Part shown: positions 14,041-27,549 of the stretch, piece after piece
How the letters are laid out: every line of letters starts with the position of its first letter
Numbering within the stretch: the stretch's first letter is position 1
Source: Octopus bimaculoides
Lineage: Eukaryota
Length of the DNA stretch: 64,000 bases
Assembly: GCF_001194135.2 (NCBI RefSeq)
Contig: NC_068994.1
Coordinates: forward strand, 39,259,295-39,323,294
Direction: 5' to 3'
The notes under the pieces: generated by a model
The model's input: only the letters and a program-made list of their open reading frames with translations
What the model was told of the DNA's origin: nothing
Databases searched by the model: none
Program-made: the position numbers and the translations under genes

Positions 14041-14730
14041 TTATGCTGCTAAGATGTATTACAAACAGGTTTTGTTAGCTTAAACAATCAAGGGAAAGGA
14101 AACCCAGAAAATAATTCAAAAGCCAATGGCCTTATTTAAAATAACTGTGATTTATCTGGGTCTTCTGCGTATCTAATGAGAGCATGGGTCTATGCCTGGA
14201 AATTTTCACTCCAAAGTACAAACAAAATTGAGCAAAGTTGATTTTGTATGGAAGACCAGCAGTTATCCATGCATGCAAGTCTCCTTATTCTCTTGTAACA
14301 TTATTAAGTGGCTCCTGTTTATTTTTACCTATAATATTAATATGAGTCCTGGAATCGTAATGCTTTTATTTATCCAATGAGCAATTCCATATGACATTTT
14401 AAAAAAATTTATATTCTGAGATTATTACCAGAATGGTAATTCAAATTACTTTGCCATATGTAAAGCTTATCTATTCATATTGTTTTGAATCAACCATGTA
14501 ATGTCTCATAGCTATTAAATTTGGGTGATGTTATTGTCTATTTTTAGAATGGCATTGTAGGGTAGATGTGAAAGGTTAGATGAAGCCAGTTTGAACATGA
14601 AACAGGAAACATATTTTGGCTGAATATGGCCAGTTTAAAAGTTAAAAAAGTTAACTTATTTTGTAATGCTGATACACTATATATTGATGTGCATTTTCTC
14701 AAATCATCTTCACGAGTTGCATTTTTGGCA

Positions 14731-14771
<41 letters not shown>

Positions 14772-15109
14772 AAGTGCATTATTATATTCCTCTATTGTTC
14801 ATTTTTTAATTTTTGATCAACCCTGAATGATTGGCCTATAATCAAAGGCATTCCAGCCATAACTATCACATTCGTTTTTCAGTTTCAAGAATCATTTTTT
14901 AAAAATTTTAACAATTTTGTTTCAAACAATGCTTGTGACCAGTGTAGCATAAGGGACTGCAAGGAGTGGGAAGAAGAGATCTATAGTTTTTGAGAGATGT
15001 CAATTGACAGAAAGCTTAAAGGACTGAATATTTATAGATCAGAGGAGAACAAGACAATGATGGTACATTCCAGAGAGCAGTAGTTCAAGGAGGAAAGAAG
15101 CTATTAGAA

Positions 15110-15516
15110 TAGGGTTCTCAACCATGGTCCATGTGACCCTTGGTGTTCCATATAAGATTTGTTGTTAAAATTTATCAGCAATGAATTAGTTATACTTCTG
15201 CAGTACACAAAACATTTTAACAATTGTTTTCTTACAATTCCTGATAATATATGATTAGGAAAATATGATAGGGCTTTTTAAACTTTGAATAGCTATGAGA
15301 GTCTACAGTCATGGCCAAAAGTTTGAGACATTTTAAAAATTAACATTGTTATGCCCAAGTACAATTCTCTTCAAATATATATACAACATGTATATTTAGG
15401 CATCTAATATAAAAATTCTAATTTCAGAGTTATGTTCCAAACTTTTGGCCATGACTGTACTTGTGTAAAATAGGAATCAAAGGAGTCCATAGGTAGAAAA
15501 TGGTTGAGAAACAATA
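15110..15516. mobile_element. hAT-type MITE (same family as 12410, opposite orientation) hosting a Tc1 MITE
   Basis: Ends tagggttctcaacc / ggttgagaaacaata; perfect 8-bp TSD tattagaa at 15102-15109 and 15517-15524. Confidence 0.88.
15306..15457. mobile_element. Tc1/mariner-type MITE (152 bp)
   Basis: Perfect 20-bp TIR cagtcatggccaaaagtttg / caaacttttggccatgactg, flanked by TA on both sides. Confidence 0.93.
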
Positions 15517-16182
15517 TATTAGAATAAAGTGAATTATGACTAACAGGAAGCTCAACAGAGTAACAATGTGCCTAAGTAGAGAAGTGGGTAATGCATTAAT
15601 TGGTCTTGAGAGAGGAAACTAGACCAGAAACTTTATCTGAGCCTATGTATCTCTGTATCTTTGTTCTGTACCTTTTAAAGACTTTGGGCTATGGTTTGAG
15701 AGAGATTGGTTACTAGTTCTAGTAGGACATACAACTACATAGGGGCTCACTCATTCACTTATCTTTTTAATGGTTTCAGTTACTGTATAGTGATCATGCT
15801 GGATCATTGCCTTCAGTGGTGTAGTCAAATATAACAGCTTTAGTACTTGTAAACAGATACTATTTCATCAACATGGGTAGATGAAAAATAAAACCAACTT
15901 GGAAAAGACTTGGACTACAGAACACAATGGGACCTAATCAAATAGCAATGAGTTTCTTCTTTTTCTTTTTGTCTGATGCTCTACTAATTTCTGGTAGAAC
16001 ATCAAGAAAATATTGTATGGATCTTTGGAAGTGTAGAATAAAAGATAACCATGTTGAATCCTTTGAATTTTGATAAAACACTGTAAGGTAGTCTTGGTTC
16101 CAGAAAGTATTTTTATGTCACTGTATGGCATTTAAAGAAGAGTAAAGGAAACTTTGGTCAAAGTGGAGAACATAGGCATGGC

Positions 16183-16350
16183 TTTGTGGTTAAGAAGCTT
16201 GCTTTGCCAAAGTGTGATTTTGGGTTCAGTTCTACTGCATGGCACTTTGAGTAAGCAACTTCTACTACAGCCCCAGGCTGGCCAATGTGTGAATGAATTC
16301 AACAGATGAAAACTGTGTGGAAATCTGTTGCATGTGTGTGCATGCATGCA

Positions 16351-16382
<32 letters not shown>

Positions 16383-16575
16383 CATGTATGAATGCCTTTT
16401 TTTTGTGCTTGCCCCCTAACACAGCTTGACTTCCCCATAACTTAGCAGTTCAGCAAAGGAATCTGACAGAATATGTACCAGACTTTCAAAAACATAAGTG
16501 CTAGGATCAATTTGTTTGACTAAACCTTTCAAGGCAGTGCCCCAGCATGGCCACAGTTCAATGACTGAAACAATT
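16183..16575 (+). mobile_element. Full-length SINE family A copy with internal (TG)n
   Basis: tRNA-like head ggcatggctttgtggttaag..gggttcagtt, internal microsatellite, and 3' end catggccacagttcaatgactgaaaca. Confidence 0.85.
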
Positions 16576-17154
16576 AATAGAAAAATAGATAAAAAAAAAA
16601 GTACATATTGATACAATGAGCAAGGTTGATAATAATCTCTATACTTGTCATGGTTTAGGTACATCTATAGCACAGCTGTAGTATTTATCAATGTAACATT
16701 ATATTGGAAAAATATCTATAAAATAGATCTATGCCATCAAATGATTCTTAATACAGACTTGTACCTAACAAACTTTCCTCTACCAAATTATGTTGCGCAT
16801 AAACTGACTGGGTGATTAAGAATTTCTCTTCCCACTAGAAAGGCTTTTGAATTCACAACTCCACTGCACAGAACCTTGAGCAAATGTCTTATGGGAGCCT
16901 TGTAAGTGAAATTTAGAAGGCAGGAAAATATGTAGAAGCCTGTTGGAAGAAAGACAAAGCATTTCCTATTTTTGGATGGTGGACCCTACACTGGCTACTT
17001 GGTTTAGCACCAACACCTGGCCCTTGGAACATTTAGCAAAGATTTAGGCCAAGTCTCTGACCTTAGGATACCTTCCACTGATTTTTGGGATCCTGAAAAG
17101 GGTCAGGGGTGCTGCTCTTCCTCCCTTATGTCATGCAGAATTATTATTAATAAT

Positions 17155-18748
17155 AATAATCCTTTCTACTAAAGACACAAGTCCTAAAATTTTGAGGGAG
17201 GGGACTAGTTGATTACATCAATCCCAGTGTTTCACTGGTGCTTAATCTATCAATCCCAAGAGGATGAAAGACAAAGTCGACCATGGCAGAATTTGAACTC
17301 AGAATGTAATGACAGACAAAATATCTCGACCCCTGTACATAACCGGTACTTATTTCATTGACCCCCCCAATAGGATGAAAGGCAAAGTTGACTTAATAAT
17401 GGTTTCTGATATAGGTACAAGTCCCAGAATTTTGAGAGGGGTTACTTGATATCATCGACCTCAGTACATGCTTAGTACTTTATTTTAATTACTCTGAAAG
17501 GTAAAGTTGACCTTGCCAATAATAATAATAATAAAGCTTTTTGATTTAGGCACACAGTCAGCAGTTTTGAGGGTTAGGGGTTAGCTGATACTGTTGTCCC
17601 CATTACTTGATTGGTACTTTATTTTATCAACCTGTAAAGGATGAAAGGCAAAGTTGACATCAGCAAGGTGTAAACTCAGCATGTAAAGAGATAGAAGACA
17701 TGTTGCAAAACCTTTGTTTTAATGCTCTAAAGATGCCTACCTACTCAGCTACTTAATAATAACAATAAAAGCAACAACATTGCAGGTAAGGAAGTAAGAA
17801 AGATCTTTAAAATATATTGATTGAAAAATGGAGATGTTAGAAATGTGGGAATATTTAGCAGCAAAAGTGTAAATTGTACTAGTTACCATCAAAGCATTAG
17901 CTTTAGTTCCCAAAATACTATCATACCACATGGAGTGGATGGACATAAAGACAACTATGCACATTTCCCCTCTCTCCATCTACCCTCCTTAGACAGTTTA
18001 TGTTCTCAGAAGGTACTTTCTGTCCAAGGATTGACAGTTACCATGAAAATAAGAAAAAAAACAAACAAAAAAACATAATTCTCTCTACTATAGGTACAAG
18101 GCCTGAAATTTTATGGGAGGGCCTTAGTCAATGACATTGACCTCTCACCCCAGGGTTCAACTGGTACTTATTTTATTGACCCCCAACAGGATGAAAAGTA
18201 AACTCAGCTTTGGTGGAATATGAACTCACAATGTAAAGCTGGAAGAAGTAGCTCTTACATTTTGTCCAATGTGCTACCTCCACTACTAGTTCATCACCTT
18301 AGAAATCATAATAAATGTAGGAATAATAATAATAATAATAATCATAATAATAATAATAATAACCTTTTCCACTATAGCAGGGTTCCTAATCTTTTCACTA
18401 TCTTGGGTCCCTTTTATTTAAATGAGTTTTCCCACAGGTCCCAGGATATTGAAAGGTCTGTCAGTTTAACATGTTCATGGACCCCCAGTACCACCTTTGT
18501 GGACCACCAGGGGTCCGTGGACCATAGGTTAGGAACCACTGTACTATAGGCACAAGGCTTGAAATATTGTGGGAGAGGGTTAGTCATTTACATCAAGCTC
18601 TATACTCAAGTGGTTATTATTTTATTGAGCCCCAAAAGGATGAAAGGCAAAATGGCTCTCTGTGGAATTTGAACTCAGAATGTAAAGGCAGACAAAATGT
18701 CGCTAAGTATTTTGTCTGGTGTGCAAACAATTCTGCTAGCTTGCTGCC

Positions 18749-18752
<4 letters not shown>
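17155..18752 (-). mobile_element. Cluster of family B SINE copies and fragments separated by (AAT)n
   Basis: Repeated gatgaaaggcaaagttgac / gaatttgaactcag motifs at about 17260, 17375, 17495, 17640, 18190 and 18640. Confidence 0.8.
18378..18541. mobile_element. Short hAT-type MITE nested in a family B SINE
   Basis: Ends cagggttcctaatc / ggttaggaaccactg; TSD cactatag (18370-18377) and tactatag (18542-18549). Confidence 0.85.
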
Positions 18753-18784
<32 letters not shown>

Positions 18785-21245
18785 TTGATGATAATAATGA
18801 TGATGATGATTTCTTAAATTATACAACAAATAATAAAACAAAAGCAAATAGGTTATAACAGAGCAATATCATATTCTGTAAAATGTAAAATTATCAAATG
18901 TATTGCATGTAACCTAGTTATCAATTAAATAAACTTACTCCAGACACTATACTTTATTAATTGATATCTTTGTTAATATGAAAAACAGTGTAGATGATAA
19001 GGGTGAGCCAAAGTCATGATCACTGAAGCAACCCGAAAAAAAAAAATAAATAAATGGAAAAGTTTGCTGTTTTNNNNNNNNNNNNNNNNNNNNNNNNNNN
19101 NNNNNNNNNNNNNNNNNNNNNNNNNNNNNNNNNNNNNNNNNNNNNNNNNNNNNNNNNNNNNNNNNNNNNNNNNNNNNNNNNNNNNNNNNNGTGAGTAAAA
19201 GATTTTAGATTGACTTAAAGAAATTTATGATCATCACATTGCTGTTTGAATGAAAAGCATCACATGCAATGGAGAACTTTTCAAAAGTAAACTCTCATTC
19301 ATTGAAACCTAAAATTTCCATTTGAAAAAAAAAAAAAAACTAATTAAAAAAATGAAAAGCAAAAAAAATTTGAAATTCCACTCAATTATCAATTGAAAAT
19401 TAAGGGTCAACTTAAGAAAGGAAATATATGATTTTTAGGATACACTTAAAATATATTTGGGATTCAAAAATGGAATTTAATGATGCCTAGAAAACGGAAA
19501 TATAGTTTATTCAGTGAGACAGTTTAAAGAAACAATATTCTACAATATATATATATATATATACTATATATGTACATATATATACATACTATGTATGTAT
19601 GTATACAAATTAGTAAAGTTACAAAATTAATTAGTATTAATAGAATATTATACATTATGAGTGAAAAGATGCTATAAGAATAGATTATCTACTGAAAACT
19701 AAGAAACATATTGGCTGCTATAATGTTAAAGTACTGGACTACTGACCACATGGTTAAACTGCCAAGCCTTGTTATAGTTAGTGTATTATGCCTTTTGACA
19801 AGGTACCTCATGCTTGTCTATGTTTACTGATATTGAAAACAAAACCTGTAAAATGCCACCAAGGAGCTATCACAGGATGAGACAACCTGCTAGAAATAGC
19901 AGCCAAATTCCCTTTAAATTACAGCATACTACCTTGTAAAGTGTGGGATCTCAAGGGACAATGTAGACCCAGATGTCCAATGTCTGAATAAAGGATGGGA
20001 TATTAATAGCTCAAATGCCTTTGATACTATGTCTGCTCTGTCAGGTCTGACTGGAGCTAAACAATCACAGGATCTGTATCCATTTTTATTGCTGAATATT
20101 CTGTTATAGGAAGGGCATCTGGCAGAAAAAATATTCATTATGGCTAGATGTAAAACACTGAAATTTGATAAAACGCATCCCATGCTTGCTACCATATAAG
20201 AAAGTATTTAAAAAAAATACAATAAAACTAAATAATCAATAAAAATCAATAAGGAGGTTAATGACTTAAAGGCCTGAATGGTTAAGAAGTTTTAATTAAG
20301 CAATTTAACTATGTTATAAAATCATTATTTATTTACTCAGAAATGTTTGTTAAATCATGTTTAATAAAATGCTAACAAAGACCAATTTGATGTTTTAAAA
20401 TCTCAATACATATTCAGTTGAATGGACTCACCTTTTAATAAGCTAGCAATAGGTTTTAACTATGTGTAAACTATCATTCACTGACTGGACTTAACTTCAT
20501 AGTCAGCAAATATTAGTGTAGGAAGGACCCATAATCCAAATGCTACAGAAAAGAGGCTCTCTATAAAAGTTATTTGATGTGTTTCCAAGAAATAAAATTA
20601 AGACTTATTTTGCTCAGACAAGAGCAGGTGACAGTTTTACCACAAACATATTTTTACCACAAACTATGAATGACTGTCAAAATTTCACAGTGAATTCTAT
20701 AAAAAGGCATATATAGCAAAACATATTCTATAAATCAATGAAATTATAAGTTATAATGTATTTTAAAATAAGGCCTAGAAAAAAAAAAAAAAAAAAGAAA
20801 CTGATAAGCTACAAACTGGACATATTTCATTCTTAAACTAAGCTTTGAATTAATTCTAAACAGTGTTTTTTTTTTTTTTTTTTTTTCTCAGTGCGATAAA
20901 TATAGTTGAGAACAGTGAGCCACAACAAAGAAGTCACGACTCTCCTAGGAATCAAGAGACAAAGGGAAAAATTGGAAAAAAAATTTTTTTTCTTCTTCCT
21001 CTCTTTTTGTAGACTTTCTCAAATTACCAAATGATCTATAATATGGAGAGACATGAGACATGAATAAGATAAATTTTGATTGAAGAACGTTACCTAACTG
21101 ATTATGAAGATAATGTATAATAGGCTGTACTAACAATAATGATAGCAGTGATGATGATGATGATGATGATGATGATAATGAAAGAAATACTAAGCTATTG
21201 TGTATATACCTATAATTATATTATCTCTCTCTCTCTCTCTCTTTT

Positions 21246-21294
<49 letters not shown>

Positions 21295-21492
21295 ACACAC
21301 ACATACACACACACACACGCACACACACACACACACATCAGGTCCCTGGAACTGCTTCTGATTGTAACAATATTGTAAGTACCAGTATTAACTTATGCAT
21401 AAAAGATAAAATGAACATGTACACACATATACATAGATGTACACACATACATACATACATGTATGCGTGTATACACACACACACACACACAT

Positions 21493-21563
<71 letters not shown>

Positions 21564-22166
21564 TACATACATGTATATGAAACTTGAATTCTCAAAAAGG
21601 AAAAAGAGGGTGGGTATGGAATTTTTTAAAATATGGTAATAAACTCAAATCTTCAAACAATCTTTTCAAGATTTTTTTAAGGATCTATTATTTCAAATGC
21701 TATTTCCCAAAGTGAAACTAGTCAGTAAATTTATCCATATCAAACCATAACTGAGATAGTCTTATCAAAAGGTAAGTACAAGCAATTTTCCTTCAATGAG
21801 AGATAAATTTTATATATTTATTAAAAAATATATTTTTATACAAATTTATTCACATCTGTCATGATGTTTACTATGGATATAAGACTGATTAGAATTCAAA
21901 TCATTAGAGAAAATAACCAAAATATGTTAGAGTTTATGATTAATTCCAGGAGACAGTATATATGTTAGAGTACATTTAGACATCATTTATATTGTGCACT
22001 GTAAATTTCTATAACCAGTTCTACAGTATGGCAGACATACAAACATCTATACTATGTTGGTTGTGACCTATTGAATATATTTTATTCGATTCTTTACATT
22101 CATAATAGCTTAAATGTAAAAGTATTCTTTCAGAAAAAAAAAACAAAAAAACAAGCAACTACTTAC

Positions 22167-22374
22167 TTGTGCCAGAAAATCCACTCTACTTTGTTGTTAC
22201 ACGAGATGTGTATCCAGCCGTACTGTTGTACGGCTACTGCTGCTGTTGTGTGGCGGCAGCATCATGTGGTTTTGGTCTGCGTTGTGTGTATGTAATGTCT
22301 GCTGCTGCTAATGACAGGCTGATTATATGTTGCGTGGAATGGACACGATATTCACAATTCTGGCTCGGAAGATT
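22167..22374 (-). other. Candidate non-coding (5'UTR or lncRNA) exon
   Basis: Consensus donor acaa|GTAAGT at 22166-22161; possible acceptor tattAG at 22376-22375, or a TSS. 8 CpGs in 208 bp within CpG-poor surroundings. All three minus frames contain stops. Confidence 0.45.
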
Positions 22375-23232
22375 CTAATATAAGGTGAATATTTTTTTTT
22401 ATTTTATTTTGTTTTATTTCTTTTTTTTTAACATTTCATTCACATGCTAATATAGAATGTATCACTACATAGCACTTTTCTTTTTTCTTTTTCATTTTAG
22501 TTTAATCATATATTTTTTGCCTATCTAAGGGAAAGTATGTTTGTTTCAATAGATGTGGTCAGTGTCGTACAATTTGTATTAGAGAAAGTATGTATTGTTT
22601 GTTTCAACAGAGTATTTTATCTTTCATATACTACATCAACCTACAGCTATCAACATATTGCTTTCCAAAGCTATTCTTAAGAACTACAAAATATGAACAA
22701 GATATGCTTATCATTACAGTCTGGCAACTAACAGAAGTTTATTGATACCTTCAGAAGGTGTCATTGATTTTTCATCATTCACTCAAACTTTGCTACTCTT
22801 ATCTGTCATACTCTTCTCATCTACAATTTGTTCAGTGATTTACTCTGATTTTTGAAAATTGTTTCTTAAACTCACTTCTAACACCACCAAAAAAAAAAAA
22901 AAAATTCAAAGTAAAATTTTCAAGTGCAAATATGTTTGTAGCTGTCTATATTAAAGTGAACACAAGGGAGCTGGCTGGCTGGTGTGTATGTGTGTATAGA
23001 TGTGTGTGTGTGTGTGTGTGAGTGAATGTGTGTGTCTGTATGTGTCTGTGTGTGTGTCTGTGCCTGTGCCTGTCTGTGCCTGTGTCTGTGTCTCTCTGGC
23101 GCTTTCTGTATCTGTGTATCGGTGCATGTAGGTAAGTACATGCATATATACATACAACACATATATATATACATACACACTATATATATATATATATATA
23201 TATACATACACTCATATACATATATATATACA

Positions 23233-23264
<32 letters not shown>

Positions 23265-23269
23265 CTTAT

Positions 23270-23300
<31 letters not shown>

Positions 23301-24976
23301 CATACATATATATATGCCTCTTGCCCTTTCCCTCTCTCTCTCTCTCTCTCTCTTTCACTTTCTCTCTCTTTCTCTCCCTGTGTACTTAGACCCACTGTCA
23401 CAAGGAAATTAAAAATTCACATCAGATATTCTACAGTAATAAATTCAATAAAAAATGGAGATTTAATTTGACAAAATCAGCACATATCGTCTAAAGCAGC
23501 TGCATAGATAAGAATATTACCAAACATATGAGTATGCACTGAAGTCTAAATTACAAAAAGACAAAAATATATCAACCCTTCCTTTCTAGATCTTTGTCAT
23601 GGCTATTTACCTAACATCAGTATCTGTACTGTGTTAATCAAAACTTTACTAAGATTTGATTTCACACCTAATTATGTCCTAATGGATTTTTAAATTGGGG
23701 TTTATTCATAAAAATATGCACCTATAAAGAAAAAAATGCACAGACACATACACACATATATACATGTATACTTACACATACATATAATTATACGCATACA
23801 CACACACACAGATAAATAGATAGATAGATAGATATACATAAGCATATGTATCTATAGCAATATTTCTGTCTGTCTGTCTGTCTGCCTGCCTGACTGACTG
23901 TCTGTCTGTCTGCCTACCTATCTACTAACCGTCACCTGTTTCCAAGCGAGACAACATTTCCTATGGCCAGACATTATATCCCAGAAGATTGGACACAAAT
24001 GTCACCCATTTACAATACGCAATGTCTAGACAAGGAAAGCCAAATACACATGCTTACATGAAACATTCACATGTGTAACACATACCCACAAACACACAAA
24101 TATATATATATATGTACGTATGTACATACATACACACACACGCACACATATATACATACATATATATACACACACATACACACACACACACACATATATA
24201 TTATATATATGCATATATATATATGCTTACATTTATACTTGCATATTTACACATAAACATGTGCATGCACACATACACACATATAATACATTTATACATG
24301 TATGGTTATGGAGCAAAGAAGTTAGTTTTGCTACCATATGGTTCTGGGTTCAGTCCCACTGTGTAGCACTTTGGGCAAGTGTCCCCTATTATATCTCAGA
24401 GCCAACTAAAGTCTTGCAATTGAATTTGGTTGACTGAGACTGTACAAAAGCCCAACAAACATACATACATACAATACATACATACATACATACATACATA
24501 CATACATGTGTGCATGAATTATTATATATGTGCATCTTTTTGTGAGCATCTTCTATGTTTGCTTTATCTCTTAGCACTTGACAACTATATTAGTTTGTTT
24601 ACCCACCAACAATGCTGCATGTCAGCAATACAAATCCATAGACTAAGTAACAGACTCAAAATAAGTACTAGGATCTATTTGATTTCCTAAAACACTTCAG
24701 GAGTTTTAGATGATCAAATATTTGAATTTTAACCAGTATGCTTAGTTACATATACTTTCATTACTGTTACAGTTTCACCATTGTGATTTATCTAAATGGT
24801 AGCATAAGTAATTGCCCATGGTGACAGTGTATTAGTAATGGTGGGACAAGGATAGCCAACCTAGTATAGTGTTTTTATACACAATCATTCATTTTACAAC
24901 AATACTGAGAGCCGTCTGAGGTTTTGCTATGTTATCACACATGAGTTAGCATTGTTATATATACATGCATTTCTGG

Positions 24977-25285
24977 CACTCTGTTGGTTATGATGATGAG
25001 TGTTCTAGTTGATCCAGCCAATGAAACAGGTTGCTTGTGAAATCAATGTGTCAGTAGCTGAGCACTCTACAATAGCATGCACCCTTAATGCACTACTCAG
25101 GGATGTTTGGTGTGAGAGAGAATGTGACAAGGCTGGCCCTTTGAAATACAAGCACTACTCAAATTTGACAGCTGAGGGAACTGGAACAACATGAAATAAA
25201 GTGTTTTGCTCAAGGACTCAACATGCTGCCAGGTATTGAACTCATTATCTTATGATTGTAAGTTGAATACCCCAACCACTAAACC
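24977..25285 (-). mobile_element. tRNA-derived SINE family C copy
   Basis: Shares the head/core aaataaagtg..ttgctcaagga with family D and the body with the plus-strand copy at 30580-30892. Confidence 0.8.
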
Positions 25286-25439
25286 ACTCACCTCCATTTA
25301 ATGCCTACATACATGCATACATACAAACTTATGTATGTACATATGCCCGGTACATGCTGTAAAGTGATTGGCATTAAGAAGAGCATCCAGCTATAGAAAC
25401 AATGCCAAGCAGAAACTGAAGCACAATGTAGTCTTTGTG

Positions 25440-25481
<42 letters not shown>

Positions 25482-26126
25482 GAATAATGATGGTGAGCAA
25501 TGATGAAGATTGTAATAATGAGAAAAACTCTAGTTCTGAAGAAGCCGGATGCTGGTGCAGTTGTGGTTGTGATATGTGTGTATCATCAGCATCAGCATTG
25601 CCACCACCATCTCTGTCTTCATTGTCTACTTCATTGCCTCATGACTATAAGACCATTGCTGGTGCCATGACCACTATTCATTCACTACTACCATTATGAA
25701 TAGGCTATTTCTATCTTTTTCCTTATTACCAACAACATCAATATTATCACTGCAACATTTATCCTTTCTATCATACATGCCTCTTTTCCCCTGACACAAC
25801 TTTGTCCCTCCTGTTATAGTTGTCTTCCACCCTATCTATCTATGTCTGTATATACTTTTCTAATTATCTGTATAGAGGAAACTTCTTCTTCCTTTAGTCC
25901 CAGATATGCCATTAAGTGAAACAAAATATATTTTGTCTTACTCAGTGTTTTTGCTTAAACATATTGACGCCGACAGTTTCCTCTTGAGTTCTTTGTTCTA
26001 AGTGGCCTATATTCTTAAAAAATTGGTAACTCTAGAACTATAGAAATTTTGAGAGACATGTAGAAGATGAAGAAGATAAAAACTATAAATAGTAGTGTGT
26101 AAATATTGGTTTCAAATCCCCTTGGA

Positions 26127-26196
26127 TGGAAAAAGTTGGGACTCAAACCCACATCTTCAGTAAACAAAGCAGACGTTCTGCCATTGTACCAAAGCA
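26127..26196 (-). pseudogene. Degenerate tRNA-like sequence (tRNA pseudogene or orphan SINE head)
   Basis: Minus strand: tggtacaatggcagaacg (D-arm/A-box-like) and gtgggtttgagtccca (T-arm/B-box with CpG decay). Anticodon and acceptor stems do not pair. Confidence 0.3.
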
Positions 26197-26288
26197 ATTC
26201 TTTGACTTTCTCCATCCATTCTATGTATGCATGTGTGAGTGAGGGTCATGTATGTATGAGTGTATGTATGTGTGTCTTCACATCTGTA

Positions 26289-26331
<43 letters not shown>

Positions 26332-26346
26332 NNNNNNNNNNATATA

Positions 26347-26381
<35 letters not shown>

Positions 26382-27338
26382 GTATATATTTCTAAAGAAT
26401 AACTACATCATAGAAGAGCCCTTTAATTAACATACATCAAATGAAATAAATTTTAATTTTAAGTGATTTTAACAACTTTCTGTTATACAACTGTTATCTG
26501 GTCACTGACACAGTTCTAGCACAACTGCTTGAAAAGCCTGTCATTGTCCAGATTTTTATAGGCTTAAGGTTTTATATTTTATTTTTTACTTTGTTTCCCT
26601 TTTTCCTATTGCATTGAGAAACAGAAATGCTTGTTGTGCTCATGTAGATTACCTTTGAGTTGTTAGTCTTGAACTTTGGTCAACCATCAATTCCTTTTCA
26701 GTTTACCTTTTTGACACTGGTCACTGTTATTGCTATCTTAAGGGTTTGGTACACAGTGCAATTGCCTGGGGGCCTCACAGATCTAGGGACCCAATTCTGA
26801 TCTGTGTGTACTGTGGCTTACTGTCCATAAATAAACACTATAGGGCCCAGTGCAGTGATTTGATCAGGGGCCTACAATGCTGCAAAGACAGCCCTGGTCA
26901 CCAGTTTCTTTCAGATATATAGTTTATATTGTTCGTCAACATAATAACGATCACTGGTACACTTTGAAATTTAATTACTCTACAAAACTGATTTCAAAAA
27001 ACTTAAACAATTACCAACCACTGACTGAGGTTAGGGGGGGGGAATAAAGTGAAAACTGGAAGGGGTTTAATAATGATCAACTGTGAGTAATGTCATCGGT
27101 CTCAAAATTAATCTACATGACTACAACAAACATCTATATCTCTAAACTCAAAAGGAAAGAGAAAGTAAAATAAAGATTTTTTAAATAAAAAAAAAAGCAA
27201 GGAAAAAGAATTCTTTAGGACTATAAGAACCAGCTAATAAAAGACTTCTCAAGCAGTTGCAATGAAACTGTGTCAGTGACCAGGTTACAAACATGTGATA
27301 AAAGTTTTAACACCCCCATGAAATAAATTTGAACTTAA

Positions 27339-27549
27339 CCCTTTAGAATTCAGATTACTCTATAAAATGTCATGCTCTATAAAATACAATGTTGTTTTGA
27401 ATTAATCATGCATTTGAAATTTTGATGATGTAATAGTTTGTTTTTATAATGAAAGTGTTGGAGAGGTGTGAGAGGCCAGATCTGGCCAGTTTGAACATAA
27501 ACCAGGTCAAATATTTAAGCTAGATATTGCTGGCTTGAATGCTAAAGGG
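27339..27549. mobile_element. piggyBac-type MITE (family G)
   Basis: TTAA|ccctttagaatt ... aatgctaaaggg|TTAA; TSDs at 27335-27338 and 27550-27553. Confidence 0.9.

Noticed and set aside
22169-22378. Plus-strand 69-aa Cys-rich ORF (MPENPLY..CCCC..)
   Set aside because: GTG start, Cys run derived from (TGC)n, and the stronger splice signal is on the minus strand.
25487-25699. 70-aa ORF MMVSNDED..
   Set aside because: Decayed trinucleotide low-complexity DNA with no convincing splice sites on either strand.
26715-26895. Possible hAT MITE ending aagacagccctg
   Set aside because: The left TIR and TSD are too degraded to confirm.
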